A stretch of 64,000 nt of DNA from Verrucomicrobiota bacterium (GTDB taxonomy: Bacteria; Verrucomicrobiota; Verrucomicrobiia; Opitutales; Coraliomargaritaceae), in contig JBCBZJ010000006.1 in assembly GCA_039815375.1 (NCBI GenBank), positions 67,873 to 131,872 of the forward strand. The letters are read 5' to 3'. Under the pieces are notes generated by a model, which had not been told where the DNA came from, searched no databases, and saw nothing but the letters and a program-made list of their open reading frames with translations. The position numbers and the translations under genes are program-made. Every line of letters starts with the position of its first letter. Positions within the stretch are counted from its first letter, which is position 1. Positions 21,481 through 33,580 of this stretch are shown here, piece by piece.

Positions 21481-24324
21481 ATGATAGCACCCGAAGCCCA
21501 TTTGGCCCAGTCAATCGTTGTTAAGGGTGCTCGGGAGCATAACCTGAAAGACATTAGCCTTGAAATACCTCGTAATCGGCTGGTTGTGATTACGGGTATG
21601 AGTGGCTCGGGAAAATCCTCTCTGGCATTCGATACGATCTACGCAGAAGGCTACCGGAAATACATCGATAGTCTTTCGACCAAAGCACGAATGGTGCTTG
21701 AGCAAATTCCTCGTCCGGATGTCGACTTCATTCAAGGTCTGTCACCTGTTATTGCCTTAGAGCAACGAACTGGAACTGGGTCGAATCCTCGTAGCACTGT
21801 TGCCACGGTAACGGAGATTGCTGATTTTGCGCGTGTCCTTTGGGCGGTCTGCGGCACGGCTTACTGCCCGAAAGATGGTGGCCTGATCGAGCGCCGCTCG
21901 ATGGACGATTGCCTGGCACGGATTTTTGCCGAACCCGAGGGAAGTCGACTGATGATCCTTTCTCCCTGGATGACAGCAAAGCCTGCTATCCTTCGAGAAG
22001 AACTCCCACGTCTCCAGCAGCGCGGCTTTCAACGTGTTCGCCTGAATGGAGAGGTTCGTCGCTTGGATGAACGAGACTTAATCGATTCCAAGGCTAAGGA
22101 GATATCGGTTGAGATTGTGGTGGACCGACTCGTCTTGCGTGCAGATCAGCGCAGTCGTTTGGCAGATTCTCTGGATCTGGCATTTAGTGAGGGTGATGAC
22201 TGCGCAACAATTCTGATCGAAGATAGTGAGTCAGGTGAATGGCGTGAATTGCCTTTTAGCATCCGACTTTCCTGTGTGATTTGCGGTACGGTTTACGAGC
22301 CTATTACGCCCCGGCATTTCTCATGGAATCACGCGGAGGGCGCTTGCCCGGAGTGCGGTGGTTTGGGAGAGACTTTGCAGTTTCAACCGGAACTGCTCGT
22401 CCCTGACATGACGAAGTCAGTCAAGAATGGTGCAATCAAACCATGGCGTCTCGGCTCGAAGCAGATGGTCATCAAGCGTAACGCGATTCTAAAACAATTG
22501 TCCGAGCAAATGCCCTTTGACCCGACCTTGCCCTGGGAGGAAATAGAGCCGGATGTGCGCAACCAGATACTTTACGGAACAGAGGATAGGCTTTTCAGTT
22601 TTAAATTAAAGGGCGGTAATACTAAACCCGAGTCGATGACTTTCGACGGTGTGTTAGCCGATCTTGAGGAGATGCGCCGGACCACCAGCAGTGATGGACT
22701 ACGTGCTCGTTTGATGGCATATCAAACCAGTAGCACCTGCGAATCCTGCGGTGGTAAACGATTAAATGCGGCGAGCCTTAATGTCTTGATCGAAGGCAAA
22801 GCAGTCACCGACTTCCTGAAAATGTCACTCGAGGAGGCCGAAACATTTATCGCGGCTCTGAAAAAGAACGATGCTTATGCCACGGTCTCCGATGCAATCC
22901 ATGGACTCGAGTCTCGCCTGCGTTTTCTCAATGAAGTCGGCCTTAGCTATCTCACTTTGAACCGAAGCTATGCCACCTTGAGTGGTGGTGAAGCGCAACG
23001 TGTTCGTTTGGCAACGCAGCTTGGCATGTCATTGGTTGGAGTTGTCTATCTACTTGATGAGCCGAGTATAGGTCTGCATCCGATCGATAATCGACGCCTA
23101 ATTAAGACTCTCGAAAGTTTGCGGGATCGTGGAAATTCCGTTGTTGTGGTGGAGCATGATGCAGAAACGATGCGAGCTGCAGACCATCTGATCGAGCTTG
23201 GGCCGGGCGCAGGTTCAGAAGGCGGTGAGTTAATCTTTGAGGGAATACCTGATGCCTCATTCGATTCGAAAACTAGCCGTTCGGGTCACTTTTTAAGTGG
23301 TGCGCTACAGGTTGATAAGAATGCTGATACACTCTCACCCAAAGGCGATTGGTTGAGAGTGCTGGGAGCAAGGGAGCACAATCTGAAGAATCTTGATGTG
23401 TCTTTTCCGGTCGGTCTGCTTACTGTAGTTTGTGGGATGTCCGGATCCGGGAAGAGCACCTTGGTGAACGATATTTTGGCCCGTGCGGCAGCCTTTCGCC
23501 TTAATCGTGCGAAGAGTATCCCAGGTAAACACAAGAAAATCGAGGGCTTGGAGAATTTCAGCTCGGTCGTCCAAGTCGATCAGGAGCCGATTGGCCGCAG
23601 CCCTCGGTCCAATCCGGCGACTTTTACCAAGCTCTTTGATCAGCTTCGGGATCTCTTTGCCAAGGCATCACTTGCCAAGATACGAGGTTATAAGTCCAGC
23701 CGGTTCAGTTTCAATGTTTCTGGTGGGCGCTGTGAGCGGTGCAAAGGGGATGGTGTGATCAAACTGGACATGCAGTTCATGGCGGATGTCTACACTGTGT
23801 GTCCCAGCTGTCAGGGTAAGCGCTATAACCGGGAGACGCTCGATATTCGTTTCAAAGGTTACAATATTGCAGATGTCCTTGATATGAGTGTGGATGAAGC
23901 ACTTCAGGTATTCAGTAAACAGCCACGTATTGCGGAGAAGCTTTATACGCTAGCCAATGTGGGCCTAGGATACATCAAGCTGGGCCAACCTGCGACAACA
24001 CTTTCCGGTGGCGAGGCCCAGCGCATTAAGCTCTCACTTGAGCTGAGCAAACGCCAGCAAGGTGAGACGCTCTATATTCTGGACGAGCCCACTACAGGGC
24101 TGCACTGGATCGATATCCAGCGTCTAATGGACTTGCTTTTCAAGCTACGCGATGCAGGAAACACCATCTTGATTATCGAGCATGACATCGATGTGATTCG
24201 CATGGCGGACTGGATCGTTGAGCTTGGTCCTGAGGGCGGGACAGGAGGGGGAGAGCTTCTTTACGCAGGTGATGGGCGCGAATTTCAGCTTGGAGACCAA
24301 ACGCCGACCCAGTCAGTCTTCTAG
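21481..24324 (+). CDS. uvrA: Excinuclease ABC subunit A
   Basis: GAREHNLK, two GMSGSGKS Walker A motifs, Zn fingers, two LSGGEAQR signatures. Confidence 0.97.
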   Translation: MIAPEAHLAQSIVVKGAREHNLKDISLEIPRNRLVVITGMSGSGKSSLAFDTIYAEGYRKYIDSLSTKARMVLEQIPRPDVDFIQGLSPVIALEQRTGTGSNPRSTVATVTEIADFARVLWAVCGTAYCPKDGGLIERRSMDDCLARIFAEPEGSRLMILSPWMTAKPAILREELPRLQQRGFQRVRLNGEVRRLDERDLIDSKAKEISVEIVVDRLVLRADQRSRLADSLDLAFSEGDDCATILIEDSESGEWRELPFSIRLSCVICGTVYEPITPRHFSWNHAEGACPECGGLGETLQFQPELLVPDMTKSVKNGAIKPWRLGSKQMVIKRNAILKQLSEQMPFDPTLPWEEIEPDVRNQILYGTEDRLFSFKLKGGNTKPESMTFDGVLADLEEMRRTTSSDGLRARLMAYQTSSTCESCGGKRLNAASLNVLIEGKAVTDFLKMSLEEAETFIAALKKNDAYATVSDAIHGLESRLRFLNEVGLSYLTLNRSYATLSGGEAQRVRLATQLGMSLVGVVYLLDEPSIGLHPIDNRRLIKTLESLRDRGNSVVVVEHDAETMRAADHLIELGPGAGSEGGELIFEGIPDASFDSKTSRSGHFLSGALQVDKNADTLSPKGDWLRVLGAREHNLKNLDVSFPVGLLTVVCGMSGSGKSTLVNDILARAAAFRLNRAKSIPGKHKKIEGLENFSSVVQVDQEPIGRSPRSNPATFTKLFDQLRDLFAKASLAKIRGYKSSRFSFNVSGGRCERCKGDGVIKLDMQFMADVYTVCPSCQGKRYNRETLDIRFKGYNIADVLDMSVDEALQVFSKQPRIAEKLYTLANVGLGYIKLGQPATTLSGGEAQRIKLSLELSKRQQGETLYILDEPTTGLHWIDIQRLMDLLFKLRDAGNTILIIEHDIDVIRMADWIVELGPEGGTGGGELLYAGDGREFQLGDQTPTQSVF

Positions 24325-24343
24325 TGCAGCCTCGCTGCGGCTC

Positions 24344-24604
24344 CTAGCTCCCCGTTTGCTCTGCGAGAATCTTTTTGAGCTTTTCTTTCTGTTCTTCACC
24401 CATTGCAGGGCGTTCGCCGGTTAACTTCTCCTCTTTCTCTCTGAACTCGCGGACCATATCCTGAGATTCCATGAGCTGCGTGTTAAATTTGCCACAAAAC
24501 GGGCACAATTTGACATGCATTTTCAAGAAAAACCGCCTGAGCGGTGGGAGATTCTTATAATCACCCTGAGCTAGGGCGCTGGAAACTTGCTTGCAGGTAA
24601 GCAT
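24344..24604 (-). CDS. Soluble zf-HC2 (ZAS) anti-sigma factor
   Basis: MLTC...HVKLCPFC (HxxxCxxC); directly downstream of an ECF sigma. Confidence 0.85.
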   Translation of the reverse strand: MLTCKQVSSALAQGDYKNLPPLRRFFLKMHVKLCPFCGKFNTQLMESQDMVREFREKEEKLTGERPAMGEEQKEKLKKILAEQTGS

Positions 24605-24615
24605 TTGATATTGAG

Positions 24616-25212
24616 TTACTTATTGTCTATTTGGGTCCAGTTTTGTTCTAAAAGAGTCTTTAATTGAGCTCGAGCCCTGTGGAGGAGGACCCAGAGATAG
24701 TTCGGTGTAATATCCATAACCTTACAAACATCTTCAGTGCTCTGGTCTTCGAGGACTCGAAGCACGAACGCTTGACGAGCCGGATCTTTGACTTGGTCTA
24801 TACATTTTTGGAAAACTATCCAAAACTCGCCATTGTCAAAATGTTTGCGCGGATTAAATTCCCACGGGTCAGGGTTGGTCGTAGCAATTCCGCTATACTT
24901 GAACCAAAAGCTCTCCAGAATGGCTTCGTCCTCGGCCTCAATGTCGACCTTGTTCTCTTTGACTGATTTCCGGATTTGATCGACGATCTTGTTACGCATG
25001 ATCCCGCGCAGCCAGAACTTGATGTCGCGACTGCCATCGAATCGGTCAAGCGCTTTGATCCCGGCAAGAAAGGTATCCTGAACGCAGTCTGAAGCTAGTT
25101 CCGGATCTCGAAGACGCGACATTGCAAATCCGTAGAGGTAGTCGCCATATAGATCGACCCATTTATCTGGGGGGGTGATTGGGACTTTAGGTTCTGTGGG
25201 GTTGTTGGTCAT
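24616..25212 (-). CDS. ECF RNA polymerase sigma factor
   Basis: DCVQDTF, WLRGIMRNKIVD, WVLLHRAR. Confidence 0.92.
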   Translation of the reverse strand: MTNNPTEPKVPITPPDKWVDLYGDYLYGFAMSRLRDPELASDCVQDTFLAGIKALDRFDGSRDIKFWLRGIMRNKIVDQIRKSVKENKVDIEAEDEAILESFWFKYSGIATTNPDPWEFNPRKHFDNGEFWIVFQKCIDQVKDPARQAFVLRVLEDQSTEDVCKVMDITPNYLWVLLHRARAQLKTLLEQNWTQIDNK

Positions 25213-25213
25213 T

Positions 25214-25678
25214 TCATTCTTTTAACAGATACTGAATAGTGCTTCTTTGGGCATCAACAAGTGCGAAGGCTTCATTTTCTGCAGCTCGCATTTTTGAACG
25301 GTCTTCTTCATTTCGGTCGTCGTAGCCTACTAGATGCATCCAACCATGGATAAGATAAAGCATAAGTTCACGGCTGAAAGGCTCACCAAGCTCGGTGGAT
25401 CTAGTTTTCGCATGGTCTACGGAGACAATGATTTCTCCTGCAGATTCCATCGCCTCATCTGCAGGGAATGTAATCACATCAGTAGGTTCAGGATCGTTCA
25501 TGAAGTCTTCGTGGACCCGGGCAATCGTTGCATCATCGACAAACACGATGGAAAGTTCACCACTTCCGATGGGGAATCTATTGGAATGAATAAGTGTCTC
25601 GAAGAGTTCTATTGTTGCGCTTTCAGGTGACTCCAGAGCCTTATATTGGTTGCTGATTTCCAGACTGGGAGGGTTCAT
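25214..25678 (-). CDS. ybeY: rRNA maturation endoribonuclease YbeY
   Basis: PTDVITF, GEIIVS, HGWMHLVGYD. Start moved to ATG 25678. Confidence 0.92.
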   Translation of the reverse strand: MNPPSLEISNQYKALESPESATIELFETLIHSNRFPIGSGELSIVFVDDATIARVHEDFMNDPEPTDVITFPADEAMESAGEIIVSVDHAKTRSTELGEPFSRELMLYLIHGWMHLVGYDDRNEEDRSKMRAAENEAFALVDAQRSTIQYLLKE

Positions 25679-28058
25679 TATCTTCGGACTGTATTTTTGC
25701 ATTTTCTGGCGTATCTGCACCTTGCTCTTCTTTAGGATACTCGACACGAGCATGGAGCATATTCAGCAGTGTATAGATGAAGCTCTTTCGAATTTTGTCC
25801 AGCTCTTGGAAGGTCAGAGGGCACTCGTCGAGTTGACCGTCTTCGATACGGGATTGAAACATCTTATCGATCAACTCTTCGATGTTTGGTTGGGTCACTT
25901 TCTTCAGGCTGCGGCTTGCTGCCTCAATTCCGTCTGCAAAAAAGATGATCGCACTCTCTTTGAAGGCGGGACGCGGTCCATCATAGCGGTAGGTGCTTTC
26001 ATCCACATGGATATCATCCGGTTTCTTCGGGAAAGGTTGATGTGTATCAGCTCTCTTCTCTCGTTGCTGCGCCTGGTAATAGAAAAACTGGATCAGGCTG
26101 GTGCCGTGATGTTGACGAATCACATCCGTGATGACACGTGGAAGCTTATGCTTTCGGGCTAGCTCGACCCCTTCCTTGACATGGGCCTTTATTACGAGAG
26201 CACTCATCGAAGGGTTTTTCTCATCGTGAGGGTTTACCCCGTCACGCTGATTCTCGACGAAATATTCTGGCTTAACTAGTTTTCCAATATCGTGGAAAAA
26301 CGAGCAAACGCGGCACAGCAGCGGGCTCGCTCCGATTTCTGCAGCAGCGTTCTCAGAGAGGTTAGCTACCATCAAGCTGTGGTGATAGGTGCCCGGCGCC
26401 TCCAGCTGCATCTGCCGAAGAAGCGGGTGGTTAAAATCTGTCAACTCCAGCAGAGTAATTTCAGTCGTAATCTTGAAAAGTTGCTCAAAGATCGGGAGTA
26501 AACCAACTGCAAGAATACCAGTCAGAAGGCCAACTACCAGAGCGATGATGGTTTGCTGACCGACAAGACCTGCGGAAAAGCCATTTAGTAGAGCAATGGC
26601 GGCGCCTGCGATAGCAGCCGTGGCTCCGGCGAGCAGGCCAGCACGGACCAGTTGCGAACGTTTGCGGATACTGGTCGCGCTGAAGGAGCCGACCACACCG
26701 GAAATAAAGGCGACGAGTAGGAATTCGATGGAGTTTCCCTGAATAATACCGAAAACGACAGCAATGATCAGTGCCGAAAGCACCGCAGGCGCTGCTCCCA
26801 CCAGAACCGCAACCAAAATTGGAGCCAATGCATAGGGTGCAATAAAAGGGAGCATACTCAATGTTGGGCGGCTGAGAATGATGTCACTGTCGCCGACCTC
26901 AATCACCGCCCGGATGAGTAGAAGGTTCAGCAGGATACTGACCGCGGTAATGGCAATCGCGCGATTACGCTTGTGCAGCTGCTGCATGCCCTTGCTCAGG
27001 TAAATGTAGACTGCGATGAGCATCAGCACGGTCAGAGTTAAACGACCGAGAAAAAGCTCGTTCAGCACCAGCGAACGGCTGCCTTGCTTGAGCTCCGCCG
27101 CCCGGTAGGCATTGAGTCGCTCCATGTCGGCTTCGGAAACGATCTTATCCGGATCGATCAGGGTATCGCCTTCCTCAAACTCCAGAATCTTCAATTCAAT
27201 CTTAGCGATGGCTCGGTCAATCGCCCGCTGAGTGCCTCCCTCGCTGTAGAATAAATTCGGTTGCAGCCCTGCACCGAAGATATCAAAGAGCAAACGAGCA
27301 GTCTCGGAATCGGGCGAGAGTGCATTTAATCGCACACGAAGAGTCACGCGTGCGTCTTCCATCGATCGAGCATTGGGCAGGTTTGCGCGACCTTCTTCAT
27401 CGACAAGCTGGATGACGGTGACCTGTGGGCGATCCGTGTCAGTCTGGCTCGCCGAATAGACCCCGTTCTCATAGATCGAGCGCAGGACACTTAGCGCCCC
27501 CTCGATCAAGTCCGAACGCTCATTGGGCATCGTCTTGGCAGTCAGGCGCGTGATGCTGTCCGGCTCGATGCCGAGTTTGCTTCGCTCGATCACCTCTGAG
27601 GCTGTCGTGGCTAATGCTTCAGTCAGTATTTCTTCACCTTCGGCTTCGAAATCGATCTGTGTTTTCGCGATACTGGTATTGAGGTCGGTCGTGAAGTTGC
27701 GGAACTTTTCAAAAGGTTCGAAACTTCGCTGGAAGACGGGTGGCACTTGGGCACGAATCGCTGCGCTGGCCTTCTCTGCTTCGACTGCACTTTCATAACT
27801 AAAAGGAAACTCAGCGACGATCCGTGTCGGGGCGGTTTGATTTAGAATGACTCTGGGGCCCTTGGGCTCCTCGCCAAGAAAACCGATAGTGACGACTAGG
27901 GCTGAGAAGAGTATAAATAAGCCACGCTCGATCCAGATGCTGGTTTCGAAGAAGTGTGAAGCTGCGGAAGTATCGCTGGTTCGGCTCTTTTCTTTGCGGT
28001 TCGAAGCGTTTCCGTCCTTCGGCTTACCCGATTTTTTGCGTTTAAATAGTGCGGCCAT
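25641..28058 (-). CDS. 7TM-HD (HDIG) membrane phosphohydrolase, PgpH-like
   Basis: Extracytoplasmic domain, multiple TM helices, APGTYHHS, HDIGK, HHGT, ADGIEAASR. Confidence 0.9.
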   Translation of the reverse strand: MAALFKRKKSGKPKDGNASNRKEKSRTSDTSAASHFFETSIWIERGLFILFSALVVTIGFLGEEPKGPRVILNQTAPTRIVAEFPFSYESAVEAEKASAAIRAQVPPVFQRSFEPFEKFRNFTTDLNTSIAKTQIDFEAEGEEILTEALATTASEVIERSKLGIEPDSITRLTAKTMPNERSDLIEGALSVLRSIYENGVYSASQTDTDRPQVTVIQLVDEEGRANLPNARSMEDARVTLRVRLNALSPDSETARLLFDIFGAGLQPNLFYSEGGTQRAIDRAIAKIELKILEFEEGDTLIDPDKIVSEADMERLNAYRAAELKQGSRSLVLNELFLGRLTLTVLMLIAVYIYLSKGMQQLHKRNRAIAITAVSILLNLLLIRAVIEVGDSDIILSRPTLSMLPFIAPYALAPILVAVLVGAAPAVLSALIIAVVFGIIQGNSIEFLLVAFISGVVGSFSATSIRKRSQLVRAGLLAGATAAIAGAAIALLNGFSAGLVGQQTIIALVVGLLTGILAVGLLPIFEQLFKITTEITLLELTDFNHPLLRQMQLEAPGTYHHSLMVANLSENAAAEIGASPLLCRVCSFFHDIGKLVKPEYFVENQRDGVNPHDEKNPSMSALVIKAHVKEGVELARKHKLPRVITDVIRQHHGTSLIQFFYYQAQQREKRADTHQPFPKKPDDIHVDESTYRYDGPRPAFKESAIIFFADGIEAASRSLKKVTQPNIEELIDKMFQSRIEDGQLDECPLTFQELDKIRKSFIYTLLNMLHARVEYPKEEQGADTPENAKIQSEDNEPSQSGNQQPI

Positions 28059-28067
28059 AGCGTAGTG

Positions 28068-29018
28068 TTACTCAGGCGTGTGCTGGGCGTAGGCGTTGAT
28101 GATATCTTGCACGAGAGGGTGGCGGACGACGTCTTGCCCATCGAAATGAAAGAGTTCGATCTGCGTGATGTTCTTCAAAATACGGGTGGCTTCACGGAGG
28201 CCGGATTGCTTGGCGCGTGGTAAATCGATCTGGGTAATGTCTCCGGTCACGACCATACGGCTGCCATCACCGAGGCGGGTGAGGAACATCATCATTTGCT
28301 CATGCGTCGTGTTCTGCGCCTCGTCGAGCACAACAAAGGCGTTTGAGAGGGTGCGGCCACGCATGTAGGCCAATGGTGCAATTTCGACAATACCGCGTTC
28401 GACAAGCTGTTCGGTTTGCTCTTTGCCGACCATTTCATTCATTGCATCGTAAAGGGGTGTTAGGTAGGGCAAAATTTTCTCCTGTAGCTCGCCGGGCAGA
28501 AATCCTAGAGCCTCACCGGCTTCGACAGCTGGACGGGTCAGGATGATGCGCTCGACCTTTCCTTCCAGCAAGTCGTTTAATGCCATAGCCATAGCGAGGT
28601 AGGTCTTTCCGGTGCCGGCTGGGCCAATGCCGAAGGTAATAGGGTGCTTGGAAATGGCTTGAAGATAACGCTTCTGGTTAAGCGTTTTAGGAACTACACT
28701 TTGACGCTTTAGTTTGATGATAAGTGGGCTGGCATAAATCTCCCGCAGCTCGTTGGTGCGGCCCTCGGCAACACATCGTAGTGTGTAGTGAAAATCAGAG
28801 CTCCGGATTCGAATACCTTGTTTTCGGGCTGATTCGAGGAGTTCAAAGAGCCCTTTAGCTTGCACAATTCCGGACTCGGCACCTTCGACTTCTACCCAGT
28901 CTTCACGGCTCGCAATCTGAACTCCGAGAATGTGCTCGGCTTCCTCAAGGTTTCGCGGGTCATTGGCATAGAGCTGGCTCAAATGACGTGCGTTTGGAAA
29001 ATGCAGGGTCTCTAGCAT
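28068..29018 (-). CDS. phoH: PhoH family ATPase
   Basis: GPAGTGKT, RPAVEAGE, YMRGRTL, DEAQN, GDITQ. Start at ATG 29018. Confidence 0.95.
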   Translation of the reverse strand: MLETLHFPNARHLSQLYANDPRNLEEAEHILGVQIASREDWVEVEGAESGIVQAKGLFELLESARKQGIRIRSSDFHYTLRCVAEGRTNELREIYASPLIIKLKRQSVVPKTLNQKRYLQAISKHPITFGIGPAGTGKTYLAMAMALNDLLEGKVERIILTRPAVEAGEALGFLPGELQEKILPYLTPLYDAMNEMVGKEQTEQLVERGIVEIAPLAYMRGRTLSNAFVVLDEAQNTTHEQMMMFLTRLGDGSRMVVTGDITQIDLPRAKQSGLREATRILKNITQIELFHFDGQDVVRHPLVQDIINAYAQHTPE

Positions 29019-29050
29019 ATCGCAGGCAGATTGAGAAAGAGGGCAGAAAA

Positions 29051-29539
29051 TTACACTTCGACGCAAGCGCTTAGGCGCTCCCACATCGCTTCCATAGAAT
29101 CAGGGAGGACGCGAGTGTCGCCGATAACCGGCATGAAATTAGTATCACCGTTCCAGCGTGGTACGACATGACAATGTAGGTGACATGGAATGCCTGCGCC
29201 GCCCGCCTTACCGAAGTTAAAGCCCGTATTGAAACCGTCAGGCCTAAGTGCACGAGTGAGTATCTCCTGAGCTTTAACGATAAGATCCATCAATTCATGG
29301 CGTTCTTCCATGGTGAGCTGTCCCAGTTCGGGGACTTCGCGGAAAGGTAGAACGAGCAGGTGGCCCGCGTTGTAGGGATAGCGATTCATGACAATGTAAT
29401 TCAATCTACCCCGATAGAGAATATATTCAGCCCGGTCATCACCTGTTTCAGTGATCGTGGTGAATGGATTTTTGCAGTTTTCCGGGTTCTTGGGCGCCAG
29501 AATGTACGGCATTCGCCAATACGCATGCAAACGCTCCAT
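29051..29539 (-). CDS. HIT family hydrolase
   Basis: NRYPYNAGH, GAGIPCHLHCHVVPRW. Confidence 0.92.
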   Translation of the reverse strand: MERLHAYWRMPYILAPKNPENCKNPFTTITETGDDRAEYILYRGRLNYIVMNRYPYNAGHLLVLPFREVPELGQLTMEERHELMDLIVKAQEILTRALRPDGFNTGFNFGKAGGAGIPCHLHCHVVPRWNGDTNFMPVIGDTRVLPDSMEAMWERLSACVEV

Positions 29540-29740
29540 TGATGATGTGACCGTATCGCTATCTAATTTGGTGGCATTTTTACCCATAAAACAGCAGATG
29601 AAAGTAGAGTTTCATCTGGCAGCCGTCGATGGTTAATTAGACTCTTGCTGGAGGGTCGTTTCTTGGTTGCTTTTGGTTTGCCTCGCGATAACTGTCCATC
29701 GCTTGCCCTTTCATGTTTTCGATTATTTCTGCGCTATATC

Positions 29741-30775
29741 GTGAGCAAATCAGTCCCAGAACAAAGCTTTAAGAATCTCCAAAGTAGCCAGATCGCGGCT
29801 ATCGGAATGTTGGCAGGTTTCGCCATTTACGTAATATGGGATCAGATACACTGGTGGGTTAATCGCGATGATTACAGCTTCGGTTATCTAGTGCCGCTTT
29901 TCGTCCTTTATGTGATCCATGATCGATGGCCCCTGATTCGCAGTTATCTGTTCCGTGGGGCTAAACCCGACGAGGAGCCTGCGCCCCTTTCAGCCAATAG
30001 AACAACCGTGGCATTGGAATGGCTGGCCATTTTTGGTTTTTTGGGCTGCCTTGTGCTTTTTGCGATTGGTGCCTTGCTTCGTGCCGCGACAGGTCCGCAA
30101 AACCCTGCATCTCTGGCAATTGCGGCGAGCTTTTCCGGACTTATATTGAGTTCGGTATTTATTTTCAGTAAAGAGCGAATTGATGGCACTCCAATGAGTT
30201 TGCAGGCCCGGCTTTCGATAACTCTGCTCTTTTTATTCCCAGCCATGATTTGGCTGATATCAGCGCCGCTTGTCTCCGTCTTGGAGACGAAGATTAGGGT
30301 CTTTCTACTCAACAAGGTAACCGTCGTCGTCTTTGGTGTTTTTGATTTCCTGGGATACGAGCTCGAGCGCGAAGGCAATGTCCTGATTTTGCCCGAAGGT
30401 AGAGTAGGCGTCGAAGAGGCGTGCTCAGGCATTCGCTCACTGACTGCATGTCTCTTCGCGGGGTCCTTTCTCGCCGCGGTTTTTCTTAACCAGTTTTGGA
30501 AAAAGGTAATGCTGGTTTTTGCTGCGATGTGCTTTGCGGTAATCACTAATTTGATCCGCAGTATGTTTCTTACTCTTTGGTCGTATTATAATGGTGAAGG
30601 CGCGATCAATGAGCACTGGGTGCTTCCACTGATAGGCGATATTGGAACGGTCCATGATGTGACAGGTATGGCGATTCTGATTGTGACCTGTATCGGGCTG
30701 ATGCTGCTGTTGCCGATCTTTAATTTCAGTCTGCCTGATTTTGAGGATGACGAGATGGGGGAATCGCAGTCTTAA
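29741..30775 (+). CDS. Exosortase/archaeosortase family protein
   Basis: Multi-TM; catalytic EACSG, NLIR and HD motifs. Probable GTG start. Confidence 0.88.
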   Translation: MSKSVPEQSFKNLQSSQIAAIGMLAGFAIYVIWDQIHWWVNRDDYSFGYLVPLFVLYVIHDRWPLIRSYLFRGAKPDEEPAPLSANRTTVALEWLAIFGFLGCLVLFAIGALLRAATGPQNPASLAIAASFSGLILSSVFIFSKERIDGTPMSLQARLSITLLFLFPAMIWLISAPLVSVLETKIRVFLLNKVTVVVFGVFDFLGYELEREGNVLILPEGRVGVEEACSGIRSLTACLFAGSFLAAVFLNQFWKKVMLVFAAMCFAVITNLIRSMFLTLWSYYNGEGAINEHWVLPLIGDIGTVHDVTGMAILIVTCIGLMLLLPIFNFSLPDFEDDEMGESQS

Positions 30776-30785
30776 ATTTTAACCG

Positions 30786-32273
30786 ATGCATCAAGGGACT
30801 AAGCGGAAGGTTCTAATGGTTGCCCCGGAGGTGGCCCCATTGATTAAAGTTGGCGGGCTAGGTGATGTCGTCGGTGCGCTCTCGAAAGCACTTGCCGAAA
30901 AGAAACATGATGTGCGTATTGTGATGCCGAAATATGCCGGTATGCGGACTGAAGCAGCTAAAATACTGGATGAGCCGCTTGCCGTTCACCTCGGTGGCGA
31001 CCAGGAATATGCCAAAGTTTGGGAAATGAAACTTCCCGGCTCTCAGGTGATTTGTTATCTTCTGGAAAAAGATGAGTTTTTTGATCGGGCTTCAGTTTAT
31101 CTTGGCCCTTCAGGTAAGGAAGAGGACAACGGTCGCCGCTTTACCTTTCTCAGTCGCGCCGCCATCGACCTTTGCTATTATCTCGATTGGATTCCTGATG
31201 TGGTGCACTGCCATGATTGGACGACAGGGTTGACGCCTGTTTATCTCAATACGACCGAGGAGGGGCGTCCTATGGCACATGCAGCCAGCTTGATGACTAT
31301 CCACAATATGAGGCATCAAGGGTGGTATGCGCCGGACTTGATCGATTACGCAGGTTTACCTGGATCCGTCTACAGGCCCGATGGGCTCGAATCGAATGGA
31401 GAGGTCAACATGCTCAAGGGCAGTATTTATCATTCTACAAAGATTACGACAGTTAGCCCAAGCTATGCAGAAGAGATAAAAAAGCCCGACGAAGGTTGCG
31501 ATTTGGATGAGCTCTTGTGCTATCGCGCAGGGGATTTAATCGGCGTGATCAATGGTGTGGATTGCTCTGAGTGGGACCCTGCCAAAGACCCGCATTTGCC
31601 TGCGAATTTCAGCCTGAATGATTTGTCGGGTAAAGCGATCTGTAAAGCAGCTATGCAAAAAGCCTATGGTCTCGAAGTAAATCCTAGCATGCCTGTGTTT
31701 ACTGTTGTCTCAAGGCTGGTCGACCAAAAGGGACTCGATCTTCTAGCTGCGGTTGGTGACCGCCTCATGAACGAGATGCAGATTCAGGTGGCCGTGCTTG
31801 GCACTGGTGATCCTGTCCTGGAGCATGTATTCGGCGAATTGGCTGACCGCCACCCAGGTCGCTTTGCCGCCTATATCGGTTTCAACAATGAGTTGGCGCA
31901 CCTTACCGTTGCAGGTGGAGATTTCCTGCTTATGCCGAGCCGATTCGAGCCCTGCGGATTGAGCCAACTGTATGCCATGATTTATGGTGCGCCGCCGATC
32001 GTTCGTGCGACTGGTGGCCTCATTGATACGGTCGACCAATATATTGAGGACGAGGGCGTTGGCACGGGCTTTCGTTTTGATAACGCTAATGGCGATGCCT
32101 TATTCGATACGATAGGTTGGGCATGTGCTACCTTCTATGACCGACCGCAGGATTATCACATGCTTCAGAGGAACGGTATGAGTCGCAACTATAGTTGGGA
32201 TGAATCCGCGAGCACCTATGAAGACATCTATGGCTGGGCAATTGAGGCGCGTTCAGCTGCTTTTCGATTTTAG
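30786..32273 (+). CDS. glgA: Glycogen synthase
   Basis: KVGGLGDV, HCHDW, SRLVDQKG, PSRFEPCGL, TGGLIDTV. Confidence 0.96.
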   Translation: MHQGTKRKVLMVAPEVAPLIKVGGLGDVVGALSKALAEKKHDVRIVMPKYAGMRTEAAKILDEPLAVHLGGDQEYAKVWEMKLPGSQVICYLLEKDEFFDRASVYLGPSGKEEDNGRRFTFLSRAAIDLCYYLDWIPDVVHCHDWTTGLTPVYLNTTEEGRPMAHAASLMTIHNMRHQGWYAPDLIDYAGLPGSVYRPDGLESNGEVNMLKGSIYHSTKITTVSPSYAEEIKKPDEGCDLDELLCYRAGDLIGVINGVDCSEWDPAKDPHLPANFSLNDLSGKAICKAAMQKAYGLEVNPSMPVFTVVSRLVDQKGLDLLAAVGDRLMNEMQIQVAVLGTGDPVLEHVFGELADRHPGRFAAYIGFNNELAHLTVAGGDFLLMPSRFEPCGLSQLYAMIYGAPPIVRATGGLIDTVDQYIEDEGVGTGFRFDNANGDALFDTIGWACATFYDRPQDYHMLQRNGMSRNYSWDESASTYEDIYGWAIEARSAAFRF

Positions 32274-32305
32274 AAAAAAAAACGCCGCTCTATTGAGCGG
32301 CGTTT
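32274..32305 (-). terminator. Intrinsic terminator (glnII side; probably bidirectional)
   Basis: A-run plus AAACGCCGCTC-TATT-GAGCGGCGTTT. Confidence 0.85.
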
Positions 32306-32333
32306 GATTAGTAAAGAGTTGTAAAACCTCGGT

Positions 32334-33362
<1,029 letters not shown>

Positions 33363-33457
33363 ATTATAATCTGTGCTTTTTCAGGGATGTTTGACTGTTT
33401 GTGACTCGTCAGGAGCGCATTATAAATTGCGGATTCTCCTTCGGAGGTGCAACGTGA

Positions 33458-33473
33458 AGCAAAGTGTATGCCA
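33458..33473 (-). promoter_or_regulatory. Sigma54 (-24/-12) promoter of glnII
   Basis: Minus strand TGGCAT-ACACT-TTGCT with canonical GG-N10-GC spacing, ~95 bp upstream of the ATG. Confidence 0.8.
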
Positions 33474-33580
33474 CTGTATGTAGAGCAAGTTTTTTTGCTG
33501 GAATTTTGAATTTATTGTCAGTTTCGGCTGTGACCTTGCCATGCTAGCGGACTTTGACTCAAATAATCCGCTTACTACTC

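Noticed and set aside
33363..33457. Glutamine (glnA) riboswitch
   Set aside because: The conserved three-way junction sequence is not recognisable.
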